A DNA stretch of 64,000 bases from the human T2T-CHM13v2.0 reference genome, Homo sapiens, in NCBI RefSeq assembly GCF_009914755.1, contig NC_060929.1. One strand, 5' to 3'. A program made the position numbers and the translations under genes. Positions within the stretch are counted from its first letter, which is position 1, and every line of letters begins with the position of its first letter. Below, one piece after another: positions 22,776-41,194 of the stretch. Under the pieces are notes generated by a model, which saw only the letters and a program-made list of their open reading frames with translations, searched no databases and was not told where the DNA came from.

Positions 22776-23399
22776 ATCTTCCTCTTACCTTTTATGATTC
22801 TAAAATCTTGGGAGGAAGAGTTGGGAAAGTATTCACTAAAATCTAAAACTAAACAGCTTCAATTTTCACCAGTGATCATTTACACAGTACAGGAGGGCAA
22901 GAGGGAGGGTGTCTGCATTGAGTTAGTTTTGTTGATGCAATGAACAGTGCAGAGGGCAGGGGAGCAGGTAGGATATTCCTTCCTTCCACTATCTTTAAAA
23001 ATAATAACAATACTACCTTATAGTTGTATTCTGTGTTATTCTTTTAGAAATTCTTGCAAATCCCTTGCCGTCTTTGATATTTATAGCAATTAGGTGAAAT
23101 GGGCAAGAAAGTTTTTTCGTTTTTGTTTTTGTTTCACCAATGACAAATTCAGAGAGTTTAAATGAGTTTCTTAGAGTTGTAGAGCTGGTTAATGATAGGG
23201 CTGGGACTAGATTTTTGGTCTCTAGAACACTGGGGTTGGGTATTTGCTTTTGGGTACCTTTTGGAACAGTCTTCCCAGCAGTATCCAGAAACATGAGGAA
23301 GCTGCCTGGTTGTCACAATCCCAAATGACCTCAAAAAGAGGATGCAGCTTCTCAGATTGGACTGTATTTGTCTTTGGTCAACTCATAAGTATCTTTTGG

Positions 23400-23650
23400 T
23401 AAGAGCCTCCAAAATAGGGTGTAAACACCCTGGAGGTATACAAGGTGATGCATTAGGGTGCAGAGGAAAAATACTAAGAAAATTGCTATTTGCATTCATT
23501 TTTCATCTTTTTAAATCTAATTTTTGTGTGTTTTATGTTACATAATATATTAGCATAAAGTATCAGAATAGGCAGTACATGAGGATAACTTACAAATGGG
23601 GTATATGTTGTACTGATTTAATCCATGATCAAAACTATTTCAAGACTATG
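23400..23650. mobile_element. MER113-like hAT-Charlie relic
   Basis: 'gggtgtaaacaccctggagg..gatgcattagggtgcagaggaaaaatact' resembles MER113 as recalled. Confidence 0.45.
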
Positions 23651-24804
23651 TTTTAGAAAATTGAGGGAAAGGCCTGAAGGGTGAATCATATGGCTGTTAA
23701 CAGGAGTCTTCTCTTGCTCTTATCCCCTAAGATGACTCAGGGAAAATGGGAAAGGTTGTGGAAAAGACCAGGTTCAATCAGAATCTTGAAGAACATCCAG
23801 AGAAGTAGATGAGCAAATGGAACAGCTCTGACCAAATTAGGGCGGCCGGTCACATGCTTCCCACCAACACAAAGGTCTCTTTGTTTTCTGCACACACACT
23901 GCAGTTCTTTGTCAATTATAATCAACGATTCCATTCAGCTCTTCTTGCCACCACTTCTCTCCTGTCTTTCTAGTCTGCTGGGCAATAAATGTAAGGTAAA
24001 ACTTCACAAGACCTTTAAAAGATAAGGTTGAAAGAGAAAAATACATCCTAATCAATGAACCTACCCAGAGGAAATAACTGGGGGATTATTCATAACTTAC
24101 AACTTAGTTGCCAACTAATTTTTGGTGTTGAAGATCATTGTACTATACTGGGTAAGTTTACAAAACAGAAAAGGAATAATGGTGAGGAGAAAAATTATTA
24201 CCTCTTGTCTATGGACTCCAGGAAGTGCACCCAAGATTATTAAGTTATTAACACAGAGACAAAGAAGGAGTGGTATGTAATATCAGATAAGTAAGTACTC
24301 TTTCTACAGTGGCAAGTAGAAAGTCATCTCTCAGGGTTAATATTTGGGACTTTTCAAGGAAAGAGAGAGCTGTAGAAGGGGTAAAAGGTTTCCTTACACA
24401 TACAAATATTATAGGGCAAAAGGAGCCAACCTAAGGATTTTGCTCACAGTATGCCTGTGTCATTAAACCACTTTCTTTACTTGCAATTGTTGGCAGACAT
24501 CAAAGCCACTGGATCACTGTTATGATATTTCATAACAGCACAGACCATAGGCGTCGTCTCATGCAATTCTGGTGTGCCTAACACAGTCCTGCCAGGAAGG
24601 CATCTGAAGGCTTCCAAGCCTGAGCTTTCTGAATTTTGAGTGTGGTACTGTGGAAAGTGCTGGATTTGAGGGGTGAAGGGAGGCCAAGGTCTTTGGTTTC
24701 TTGTTCCACTTCTGTCATTAAATTCCTTGGGTGGACTTCTTAATCTCATTTTATAGAGCAAATTCATTATAGAGAAAATTATGAGAAAGTTTCTTTCTCA
24801 TCTG

Positions 24805-25050
24805 TGGCATTTATTTATTCATCAAACATTGTTGTATTTCCTATGTTTCAACACAATATTAAATGCCAGAAATACTAGTATTTAAAAAATACTTTTTCTC
24901 AGAGGGCACACAGTCTAAATAAAAAGATAAGACACATACAATTATGGTTAACTCAGTATAGAGCAATATATGAATGAAGACAAACAAGTGATATCTTAGT
25001 AAATGCTATTAAACGTCTTAAAGGAAAAGAAAAAGTTATCTTGTAATGCA
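24805..25050 (-). mobile_element. L2 3' fragment
   Basis: 'catttatttattcatcaaacatt..ctcagagggcacacagtcta'. Confidence 0.55.
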
Positions 25051-25548
25051 AAAAAAAAAAAAAAAAACCCCACAAAGTTATCATGGTTTCCCTCTGGCAT
25101 CCTCTTCCGCTTTGCTTTGTTCTGGCACCCATCTTTGCTGGATCCCATTGGCGTACAGATGAGAAGAGTAGAAAAGAGCACACAGCTTAAAATCACAGAA
25201 CTGTGACTTCTCCTTTTTTCTCTATTCTAGAGTGTGCCTGCAGCATGCATTCATTACTGCATCTGATGGAAGCACAAAGGGAGAGACAAAGATGCAGAGA
25301 ACAATGGTAAACAATTGGTGAAATGTGTTGGCAAATTGAGTCCAATGCTGTCTGTAACAAATGGCAGCTATTTTGTGTGTGTGTCATCTAAATAAAAATA
25401 AGGTGGATTAACAAACAACTGTATCTGGCCGAGGGAAGACTGCCGCCATTTTCTTAATAAATCAGTTATTGTGTGATTTATAATAAACTATTTGGACTAC
25501 TTTCCTACCATGTATTTCCAGTAGAGGGATTTAGAAAGCTAATTTTAA

Positions 25549-26121
<573 letters not shown>

Positions 26122-26904
26122 AAGGAAAACTAATATGAACAATCACTATGGTGACACTATTTTCTAACTAAAATATGCTGATACATGGTTTAATAAAACT
26201 CACTTTTCTCTGGCCTTCAACTCTGTCTATACACAGTATCCTCTAAAAGTCTAAGGGTTAAAACCTACCTGGTGAATTACATACCTGAAAAGACCAAAAC
26301 TTTCTAAAACGTATAATATCTAAAAATCTAAGACATGGAGTATTATTCTTATTACTCTTTGCATTTTTTAATTTAATGTAGCCTAAATCAATTAGAATTC
26401 TGATAATTTGAAAAGAAATGTGAATCAGTCAATTATTGTTATGTTGTGTTGTTTGTTTCTGATTGTATACATGTATGAAATTTTCATTATTACCTCCTTT
26501 CTTTTCCTTCATTTCTGGATTGGATTCATTTATTAAATTTCTGTTCTTTTAATGGTTGTTTTCAAAAGCTTAGCCTACAAACTTAACTATAAAATCTTAT
26601 CAAAGCCCGAGTTTATTAAATATCTTTACCCTTCTCCCAAATCAAGCAAAAAACTAGCTACTAAACAACTTCTACTTACTACCCTCCATTTTTCTTCTAT
26701 TATTACTATAATTAATATTAGTTACCAAAATCTTCTTAATAGTAGTTAAATATAATAACTGTTCTACAAAATATAGTGCTATAAAAGTTTCTCCAAAACT
26801 TAGTGGCATAAGAAATCAGTATTTTGTTCACGGATTCTGTGGGTTAAGAATTTAAGCAGAGCATTTTAGAAAGTTTTGTGAGTCAGTGCATGCATGTATC
26901 TGTG

Positions 26905-28490
26905 TGTGTCTAATATTTGTGGGTACATAGTAGGTGTATTTATTTATGGAGTATATGAGATATTTTTATACAGGCACACAATGCATTTATCCTTTTTTGT
27001 GTGTTACAAACAGTCCAATTATACTCTTTTAGTTACTTTAAAATGTACAATAAATTATTGTTGACTATTGTCACCCTGTTGTGTTATCAAATACTAGATC
27101 TTCATTCGATCTAACTAATTTTTGTACTCACTAACAATCCCTACTCTACCCTGCCTCCACCACCCCACTATTCTTTCCAGCCTCTGGTAACCATCATTCT
27201 ACTCCCTATCTCCATGAGTTCAATTGTTTTAATTATTTAGCTCCCACAAATGAGTGAGAACATGCAAAGTTTGTTTTTCTGTGCCTGGTTTATTACACTT
27301 AACATAGTGACCTCCAGATCCATCCATGTTGTTGCAAATGACAGGATATCACTGTTTTTTATGGCTGAATAGTACTCCATTGTGTATATGTACCACATTT
27401 TCTCTATCCATTCATCTGTTGGTGGACACTTAGGTTACTTCCAAATATTAGTTATTGTGAATAGTACTGCAGTAAACATGGGAGGGCAGATATCTCTGCA
27501 GTATACTAATATCCTTTCTTTTAAGTATATACCTATCAGTGGGATTGCTGAATCGTATGATAGTTCTAATTTTAGTTTCTTGAGGAACCTCCAAACCGTT
27601 CTGTATAGTGGTTGTACTAATTCCCACCAACAGTGTGCAAGGGTTCCCTTTTCTGCACATTCTCGCCAGCATTTGTTATTGCCTGTCTTGGATAAAAGCC
27701 ATTTTAACTGGGGTAAGATAATAGCTCATTGTAGTTCAATTTGCATTTTTTCTGATGACCATTGATATTATATATTCTGGTTATTAATCCTTTGTCCCTG
27801 GATACTTTGCAAATATTTTCTCCCATTCTGTGGGTTGTCTCTTCACTTTGTTGATTGTTTCCTGCCCTGTGCAAAAGCTTTTTAATTTGATGTGATCACA
27901 TTTGTCCATTTTTGCTTTGGTTGCCTGTGCTTTTGGGGTACTACTCAAGAAATATTTGCCCAGCCCAACATCCTGGAGAGTTTCTCAATGTTTTCTTTTA
28001 GTAGTTTCATAATTTGAGGTCTTAGATATAAGTCTGTAATCCATTTTGATTTGCTTTACGTATGTAGTGAGAGATAGGGTTCTAGTTTTATTTTTCTGCA
28101 TATGGATATCCAGTTTTCCCAGTACAATTTATTGAAGAGACTGTCCTTTTCTGAATATCTGTTCTTGGCACATTTGTTGAAAATGAGTTCGCTGTAGATG
28201 TACAAATATTTTTCTGCATTGTCTGTTCTGTTCCATTGGTCTATGTGTCTGTTTTTATGCCAGTACCATGCCATTTGGGTTATTGTAGCTCTGTAGTATC
28301 ATTTCAGTCAGGTAATGTGATTCCTCTAGTTTTGTTCTTTTTCTCTGGATAGCATTGGCTGTTCTGGGTCTTTTGTGGTTCCATATGAATTTGAGGATCA
28401 TTTTTGCTATTTCTGTGAAGAATGTCATTGGTATTTTGATTGAGGTTTCATTGAATCTGTAGATTGCTTTGGGTAGTATGGGTATTCTAA
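26905..28490 (-). mobile_element. 5'-truncated L1MA (MA1-5 type)
   Basis: 'gtgggtacatagtaggtgtat' is an L1MA 3' end on the minus strand; ORF2 remnants [15 protein letters not shown] and [10 protein letters not shown] (28056-28518, -). Confidence 0.88.
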
Positions 28491-28837
28491 GTAGGGAGAG
28501 TTTATCTCTGTCCCACATTTTAAAAGGTCTCCTGGGAATGTGGCCATTGGCTGAGGGCCTCAGTTTCTCTTTTTGTATTTTTTTCCATGTAGTTTCTCTG
28601 TGTAGGCTACTTTGGGCTTCCTCACAGCATGATGGCTATGTTCTCAAGGCAAATGTACCAAGAATGAGACAGGCAAACAGAAGCCGTATTGCCTTAGCCT
28701 TGAAATTCATACAGTACCACTTTCATAGTGTCCTACTCATTAGAGCAGTTCCATAGTCTCCCAAACTTCAAGGCTGGAGAAAATAGACTCAATCTCTTGA
28801 TGTGTATGTGACAAGGTTCTACAATAGCTTAGACTGA

Positions 28838-29235
<398 letters not shown>

Positions 29236-31289
29236 TGATACTGGTACCAAAACAGAGATATAGACCAATGGAACAGAACAGAGGCCTCAGAAGTATTGCT
29301 GCATATCTACAACTATCTGATCTTTGGCAAACCTGACAAAAACAAGAAATGGGGAAAGGATTCCCTATTTAATAAATGGTGCTGGGAAAACTGGCTAGCC
29401 ATATGTAGAAAGCTGAAACTGGATCCCTTCCTTACACCTTATACAAAAATTAATTCAACATGGATTAAAGACTTAAATGTTAGACCTAAAACCATAAAAA
29501 CCCTAGACGAAAACCTAGGCAATACCATTCAGGACATAGGCATGGGTAAGGACTTCATGTCTCAAACACCAAAAGCAATGGCAACAAAAACCAAAATTGA
29601 CAAATGGGATCTAATTAAACTAAAGAGTTTCTGCACAGCAAAAGAAACTACCATCAGAGTGAACAGGCAACCTACAGAATGGAAGAAAATTTTTGCAATG
29701 TACGCATCTGACAAAGGGTTAATATCCAGAATCTACAATGAACTCAAACAAATTTACAAGAAAAAAACAACCCCATCAAAAGGTGGGCGAAGGATATGAA
29801 GAGACACTTCTCAAAAGAAGACATTTATGCAGCCAAAAGACACATGAAAAAATGCTCATCATCACTGGCCATCAGAGAAATGCAAATCAAAAACACAATG
29901 AGATACCGTCTCACACCAGTTAGAATGGCAATCATTAAAAAGTCAGGAAACAACAGGTGCTAGAGAGGATGTGGAGAAATAGGAACACTTTTATACTGTT
30001 GGTGGGACTGTAAACTAGTTCAACCATTGTGGAAGTCAGTGTGGCGATTCCTCAGGGATCTAGAACTAGAAATGCCATTTGACCCAGCAATCCCATTACT
30101 GGGTATATACCCAAAGGATTATAAATCATGCTGCTATAAAGATACATGCACACGTATGTTTATTGCGGCACTATTCACAATAGCAAAGACTTGGAACCAA
30201 CCCAAATGTCCATCAATGATGGAGTGGATTAAGAAAACGTGGAGGTGGAGCCAAGATGGCCAAATAGGAACAGCTCCAGTCTACAGCTCCCAGCGTGAGT
30301 GACGCAGAAGACGGGTGATTTCTGCATTTCCATCTGAGGTACCAGTTCATCTCACTAGGGAGTGCCAGACAGTGGGCGCAGGACAGTGGGTGGAGAAGAG
30401 TGGATGCAGGGCACCGTGTGTGAGCCGAAGCAGGGTGAGGCATTGTCTCACTCGGGAAGTGCAAGGGATCAGGGAGTTCCCTTTCCTAGTCAAAGAAAGG
30501 GGTGACAGACGGCACCTGGAAAATCGGGTCACTCCCACCCTAATACTGCACTTTTCCCATGGGCTTAAAAAACGGCGCACCAGGAGATCCTATCCCGCAC
30601 CTGGCTGGGAGGGTCCTACACTCACGGAGTCTCCCTGATTGCTAGCACAGCAGTCTGAGATCAAACTGCAAGGCAGCAGCAGGGCTGGGGGAGGGGCGCC
30701 CGCGATTGCCCAGGCTTGCTTAGGTAAACAAAGCAGCCAGGAAGCTCCAACTGGGTGGAGCCCACCACAGCTCAAGGGGGCCTGCCTGCCTCTGTAGGCT
30801 CCACCTCTGGGGGCAGGGCACAGACAAACAAAAAGACAGCAGAAACCTCTGCAGACTTCAATGTCCCTGTCTGACAGCTTTGAAGAGAGCAGTGGTTCTC
30901 CCAGCATGCAGCTGCAGATCTGAGAACGCGCAGACTGCCTCCTCAAGTGGGTCCCTGACCCCTGAACCCTGAGCAGCCTAACTGGGAAGCACCCCCCAGT
31001 AGGGGCAGACTGACACCTCACACAGCCGGGTACTCCTCTGAGACAAAACTTCCAGAGGAACGATCAGACAGCAGCATTGGCGGTTCATGAAAATCCGCTG
31101 TTGTGCAGACACCGCTGCTGGTACCCAGGCAAACAGGGTCTGGAGTGGACCTCCAGCAAACTCCAACAGACCTGCAGCTGAGGGTCCTCTCTGTTAGAAG
31201 GAAAACTAACAAACAGAAAGGACATCCACACCAAAAACCCATCTGTACATCACCATCATCAAAGACCAAAAGTAGATAAAACCACAAAG

Positions 31290-32307
31290 ATGGGGAAAAA
31301 ACAGAGCAGAAAAACTGGAAACTCGAAAAAGCAGAGTGCCTCTCCTCCTCCAAAGGAACGCAGCTCCTCACCAGCAATGGAACAAAGCTAGACGGAGAAT
31401 GACTTTGACGAGTTGAGAGAAGAAGGCTTCAGACGATCAAACTACTCCAAACTACAGGAAGAAATTCAAAGGCAAAGAAGTTGAAAACTTTGAAAAAAAT
31501 TTAGACGGATGTATAACTAGAATAACCAATACAGAGAAGTGCTTAAAGGAGCTGATGGGGCTGAAAGCCAAGGCTCGAGAACTACGTGAAGAATGCAGAA
31601 GCCTCAGGAGCCAAGGCGATCAACTGGAAGAAAGGGTATCAGTGATGGAAGATGAAATGAATGAAATGAATGAAATGAAGCGAGAAGGGAAGTTTAGAGA
31701 AAAAAGAATAAAAAGAAACAAAGAAAGCCTCCAAGAAATATGGGACTATGTGAAAAGACCAAATCTACGTCTGATTGGTGTACCTCAAAGTGAAGGAGAG
31801 AATGGAACCAAGTTGGAAAACACTCTGCAGGATATTATCCAGGAGAACTTCCCCAATCTAGCAAGGCAGGCCAACATTCAGATTCAGGAAATACAGAGAA
31901 CGCCACAAAGCTACTCCTTGAGAAGAGCAACTCCAAGACACATAATTGTCAGATTCACCAAAGTTGAAATGAAGGAAAAAATGTTAAGGGCAGCCAGAGA
32001 GAAAGGTCGGGTTACCCACAAAGGGAAGCCCATCAGACTAACGGCAGATATCTCGGCAGAAACTCTACAAGCCAGAAGAGAGTGGGGGCCAATATTCAAC
32101 ATTCTTAAAGAAAAGAATTTTCAACCCAGAATTTCATATCCAGCCAAACTAAGCTTCATAAGTGAAGGAGAAATATCCTTTACAGACAAGCAAATGCTGA
32201 GAGATTTTGTCACCACCAGGCCTGCCCTACAAGAGCTCCTGAAGGAAGCACTAAACAAGGAAAGGAACAACTGGTACCAGCCACTGCAAAAACATGCCAA
32301 ATTGTAA
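31290..32307 (+). pseudogene. L1 ORF1p, frameshifted near 31470
   Basis: ATGGGGAAAAAAC at 31290; 250-aa C-terminal ORF 31555-32307 with a 9-bp duplication (EMNEMNEMK). Confidence 0.9.
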
Positions 32308-32370
32308 AGACCATCGAGGCTAGGAAGAAACTGCATCAACTAACGAGCAAAATAACCAGCTGACATCATA

Positions 32371-36190
<3,820 letters not shown>

Positions 36191-36869
36191 ACAATGAGAA
36201 CACATGGACACAGGAAGGGGAACATCACACTCTGGGGACTGTTGTGGGGTGGGGGGAAGGGGGAGGGATAGCTTTAGGAGATATACCTAATGCTAAATGA
36301 CGAGTTAATGGGTGCAGCACACCAGCATGGCACATGTATAGATATGTAACTAACCTGCACATTGTGCACATGTACCCTAAAACTTAAAGTATAATAATAA
36401 TAAAATAAAAAATAAAAAAAAAATTTAAAAAAAAATGTGGCACATATACACCATGGAATACTATGCAGCCATAAAAAATGATGAGTTCATGTCCTTTGTA
36501 GGGACATGGATGAAGCTGGAAACTATCTTTCTCAGCAAACTATTGCAAGGACAAACATCCAAACACCGCATGTTCTCACTCATAGGTGGGAATTGAACAA
36601 TGAGAACACATGGATAAAGGAAGGGGAACATCACACACCTGGGCCTGTTGTGGGGTGGGGGGAGAGGGGAGGGATAGCATTAGAAGATATACCTAATGTT
36701 AAATGATGAGTTAATGGGTGCAGCACCCCAACATGGCACATATATACACATGTAACAAACCTGCACGTTGTGCACATGTACCCTAAAACTTAAAGTATAT
36801 TAAAAAAAAAAAAAAGAAAAAAAAGGAAAATGTTGGTGTGATGCTACTGAACAAATACAATCTGTCACA

Positions 36870-37800
36870 CTAGCATACTTTACTCATTTCCACAATTGCC
36901 CTTATTGTTCATGTCTCAAGCTTTTCCTCTGGATTTCCTTTTCTTCAAGAAGCATGTCAATTAGTGGTTATCAACAATGGTTACGAATGATAAAGCATTT
37001 TAAACGTTATGTCTTACACTTGAATAATAGCTTAGCTTATCATAGAATTTACATTGGCAGTTATTTTTATCATCAACATCAAAAATATTCCATTGATTTT
37101 AAACATCTACTAATGTTGATAGAAGTCTACTTTTATTCTAATTGTCATCCAGTCTTCATTTTATACTTGATGTATAAAATATCAATTGAATTTTAAGATC
37201 TGGATTTAATTCTTCCTACACAGGGCATTTTAAGTCTAAGAAATAATGTATTTATTTAATTCTGGACAGTTTATTTTTATTTTTTGTTTTTTAGTATTGC
37301 TTCTCTCTCATTTCTTCTCTTCTCTCCCCTTGGGGCTCCTGTTGTATATTATAAAACCCTCACAACTTATCCTATACATTTCTCAACTGCTCTGGTACAT
37401 TTTTAATGAATTTTTCTCCCTGTATTGTGTCCCAGATCAATTTCTTAGCACTGCGTTTAACTTACTAATTCTCTGTTTGATTGTTTTTGTTTAGTATTTG
37501 AGGGAGGAGGTATTCTTCCTTTCATTATCACTTTAAGCTTCCTCAATGCACTAATTTTAAACTAAATTTCAGATTGTTGTAGTGTTTTAGTCTTTAGGTA
37601 AACTTATCTCCCAGTTGCTGATTTTGTTAGCATTTGTCTTTATCTTATGTGTAGGATTTTTGTTTGAAGACTCATTTTGAGTGGCAGTATATTTTTTTTT
37701 CCTTCTTTTGAAAAACTATCCTGCCCTGTCTACTAGTTTCATAGTCACTTCTACCTTTCCTCAGGATCCAGAATTTATATCGGGCTTTCTATTGGATACC
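36870..37800 (-). mobile_element. Ancient L1M fragment (probably continuous with ~26340-26750)
   Basis: T-rich + strand with 'gaataatagcttagcttatcatagaattt..ggcagttatttt', typical of old L1M on the minus strand. Confidence 0.5.
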
Positions 37801-38529
37801 CAGGTCATGTGTGCTCAAAAATATTGAAAACATTACCTATCTAGGCCTTGAGCTAGTAAACAGTTTTGCTTAACTTTTAGCATTGAGATTCTATTTCTCC
37901 CTCTCGTCTCTCTATGCACTTAGCTTTATAGATGCTGTAGCCCAAGACAACAGTAGCAGTTTTATTTCACCCCTTGTGTACATTTGAGGCCCACCTATTC
38001 CAGCCTCTGACTTCAGGAAGTAGCCAGGCTCCAGCCTCCTATCTCCCAGGCTTAACAATAGGCAATTTTAGTTCTCATCTCCCCACAGGCATCAAGACCC
38101 TTAGTGCCCTCTGCTAGTTACTAGATTCACAGCCCCAAACATCCCCAGCTCAATGCCTCTCAACTTTAGCTCAGCTATTCTAATACTTCTGGTCCATGAA
38201 AATGTCTCACATTTTTAAATCATAACTATGTTTTCAAAATTTTTTTATCATTGTTACATGTTTACAATATTTGGAATGACAAAATTACGAATCTATAATT
38301 CTATCCTGACTGGAAACATGAGTTTACCTTTAATGCTCTATCTTCTTAATTCATTAAGCAGTCACCAGAGATAACACAAGTAAATATTAAGGCAAAAAAG
38401 AAAAGATGAGGATCATGTAAGCAGTGTAAACCCAACATCTCAGTTATTTTTATTCTATCCCTACTCTCTCATAATAGCTGAAGAAGAACAAGATTGCATA
38501 GCATTCTTTACATTAATTGTAGAATTATG

Positions 38530-38744
38530 TAATTCATGTGTCATATACTAAATTCCCAAGAAGAGCCCAATGACACGATGAGAATTCATGTCTAACTAGT
38601 TCTCCACCAGGGAAACATTCACGCTGGTACTAAGTACTTTCTTGTATTACAAATGCTTTTAATCCTTATAATGTATTTTGGGATTTTCTATTTCTAAATT
38701 TTTTCTGTTACAAATTATATAAGCCGAGTAGGTAAAATGGCAGA
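38530..38744 (+). repeat. Copy 1 of a ~200-bp dispersed local duplication
   Basis: Collinear similarity to 41263-41461 (taattcatgtgtcat ... ttttctatttctaa ... ctgttacaaattata ... agtaggtaaaatggcaga). Confidence 0.9.
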
Positions 38745-38841
38745 GACTGAGTCAATTCTTTAGGTTTAGATAGGTTTATTTTCTCGATGCAAGAGATACT
38801 GAATATTCAGATTTCTTCTTTATTTCTTCTGAACTCAAAGG

Positions 38842-39762
38842 TCTAAACCAAAAATAAAATTCTAAGCCCCTCAACAACTGAATGGACTCCTCTTCTCATC
38901 CAAGGGGATTCCAAAAAACAGGAAAAACTAGTTCAGGCCATGACATAAGATGGGGGTCGGACATGCCTTACTGTACTCTCTCCATTGTGGAGTTTAAACA
39001 CAACTGACCAGCATTAAAATTAAAATAGAAATTCTTAGACTGATGGAACAGACTCTTTGTAGCAATGAGATACCAACTCCAACCTGACTCTGAGTCCCCA
39101 TCTCAAAGGTCCCCAGTGCAATGGCTCTGGTGTAACATCACATGACAGATAAAGAAGGAAATCAAAATATTTTACCTCAAAATATGTTTCTTTGCCCTAT
39201 TCTTAAATGACCCTGCAAAGTTGTCCTTTGTGGGGAAAATTTGCATCTGTAAAGCATTTCTATTAACTAGATCTTTCCCCTTCCAGGCCCTCCCAATCCT
39301 GAAGAAATTAACTAGAGTCTAGCACTTTTTAAAGGTCTAAATAGAAAACATTTGCATCTATTGTCTCTTATGGTGACCACCTATGGGACTTCCTATGTAT
39401 AATAAGAACCTTGGTCTCCATAACACTTTATCTTAACCCAGACACTCCTTTCTATTAATTCCAGATCCTTAGGTAATAACTTAACTCTTTCAACCAATTG
39501 TCAATCAGAAAATCCTTGAATCCACCTATGACTTGAAGCCCCCATCCTCTTCTGCTTCGAGTTGTCCCACCTTTCAAATACCTCACATGTATTGAATAAT
39601 GCCTTATGTTCCCCTAAAATGTATAAGATCAAGCTGTAATCCAACCACCTTGGGTATGTGTCCTCAAGACCTCTTGAGACTGTGCCTTGGGCCATGGTCA
39701 CTCATATTTGGCTCAGAATAAACCTCTGTAAATATTTCACAGTTTGACTGTTTTCATTGACA
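38842..39762 (+). mobile_element. MER4-group (MER4D-like) ERV1 solo LTR
   Basis: 'taaaccaaaaataaaattctaagcccc..aaaaactagttcaggccatga'; ends 'ggctcagaataaacctc..ttgaca'; 4-bp TSD aagg/atgg. Confidence 0.85.
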
Positions 39763-39799
39763 ATGGAAAGCTAGTATACACATTTTTTGCTTGGTAGGA

Positions 39800-40260
39800 A
39801 AATAAAGTTTTGTTTTTTTCTGTTTTTTAAGCAATATATAAACGTAATTTTAAAAATCAAACAGTAAAATAGATTACAGATTGAAAACTAAATCTCTCTC
39901 CCACCCTAGACAGCTAGTTCCTCTCCTTATAGGCCATATTTCCTTACCTTGCTTTTCCACTTTAATATATTTAGAGGGTTTTCTATATCAACATATATAA
40001 ATCAACCCTCTTATTTTTAATAGCTGTAGAGCATTCTGTTTTACAAGTGTACTGTAATTTATTTCATCTGTCTCTTATTTATAAGACTTTAAGATTCTTA
40101 TAAATTAGGTATAAGATACTTTATTTCTAGACTTTTGCTACTACAAACCATAATGCAACAAATATCCTTGTAGATAAAATTTTGCTCACATATGCACATT
40201 TATTGAGAAGTGCTAAGCCAAACTGCCCTTTGTTGAGGCTGTACTGAAATAAATCTTTTA
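39800..40260 (-). mobile_element. L1ME 3' fragment
   Basis: 'tttttaatagctgtagagcattc..ttttgctactacaaac..aatgcaacaaatatccttgta'. Confidence 0.6.
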
Positions 40261-41194
40261 AAACAAATGCATCGTTTTCCTAAACTGGAAACGTTAAAAA
40301 TTTGGCACTATTGCCTAAATCTACAACCAATTCTATTTCCACTTTCTTCAAGTTTGTAACAACCATATTTGTGCATGTGGGACTCAGGTCTGCATCTGGA
40401 TTTTGAGGTAATATTTAAAAGATTTTAAAAAGATAATTTATATTAAGTATTTTCTGAACAACTTATTTTATTAAAAAAATAAAATCTTGGTCAAGTATAC
40501 ACAATTTGATTGTATGGGAGATGATCAGAATTGGGATTAACCTTCTAAATATATTTGCCCCATAGTTTTGATGGTTGGCCAATCTCTGGCCTCCTTATCC
40601 ATTCTTATGTTTATATATTTTAGAACTTCCAATATTTTCTTCAGACTACTGGAGTTACTTGACACAAAATGTTTTTCCCTTTTGATGCAGCTCAGAATGG
40701 CTGTATTGCACACAATCCTCTTCTGAGGCCCCATTCCTGAAAGAAAGCAGGCCATGCTGGTCTCAGTATTTGCATGGAAGGTGAGCACTGACTTCAAGCC
40801 TGGGTGAGGTATGCCAGTGCCCTGAGAAAATGCCTGAATCAGCACCTCTGTGACAGCACTGCCCCAATCTGGTCGTCGCTCAGGAAGCCTGCATGTAGGA
40901 CTTCAAGAAGAGAGTCAGCAGGAGTGGCAAAATCTCTGGCAACAAAGAGGGTGAACAAGTCGCTGAGTATTGGAGGAGTAACCAACATATACCTTATGCT
41001 AGGAGAGTTCAGGTCATGGGGCCGGTGCTGTGGCATCTTATGAACAACTCTCTGGTCCTTGTGGCCTGGCTGGGGAGCTCATAGGGTGGTCTCTTATTCT
41101 CTCCTAATATGCTCAATAGGTAAATTAACTTAAGCATAACTGTGTTCCTGCAACCTGAAGGGAACTGGCTCAGTACCCTTAGCAAACAGGAAAA

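Noticed and set aside
30027-30302. Chimeric ORF joining L1 ORF2 C-terminus to new sequence
   Set aside because: Read-through across the nested insertion junction into the guest 5'UTR; no sign of function.
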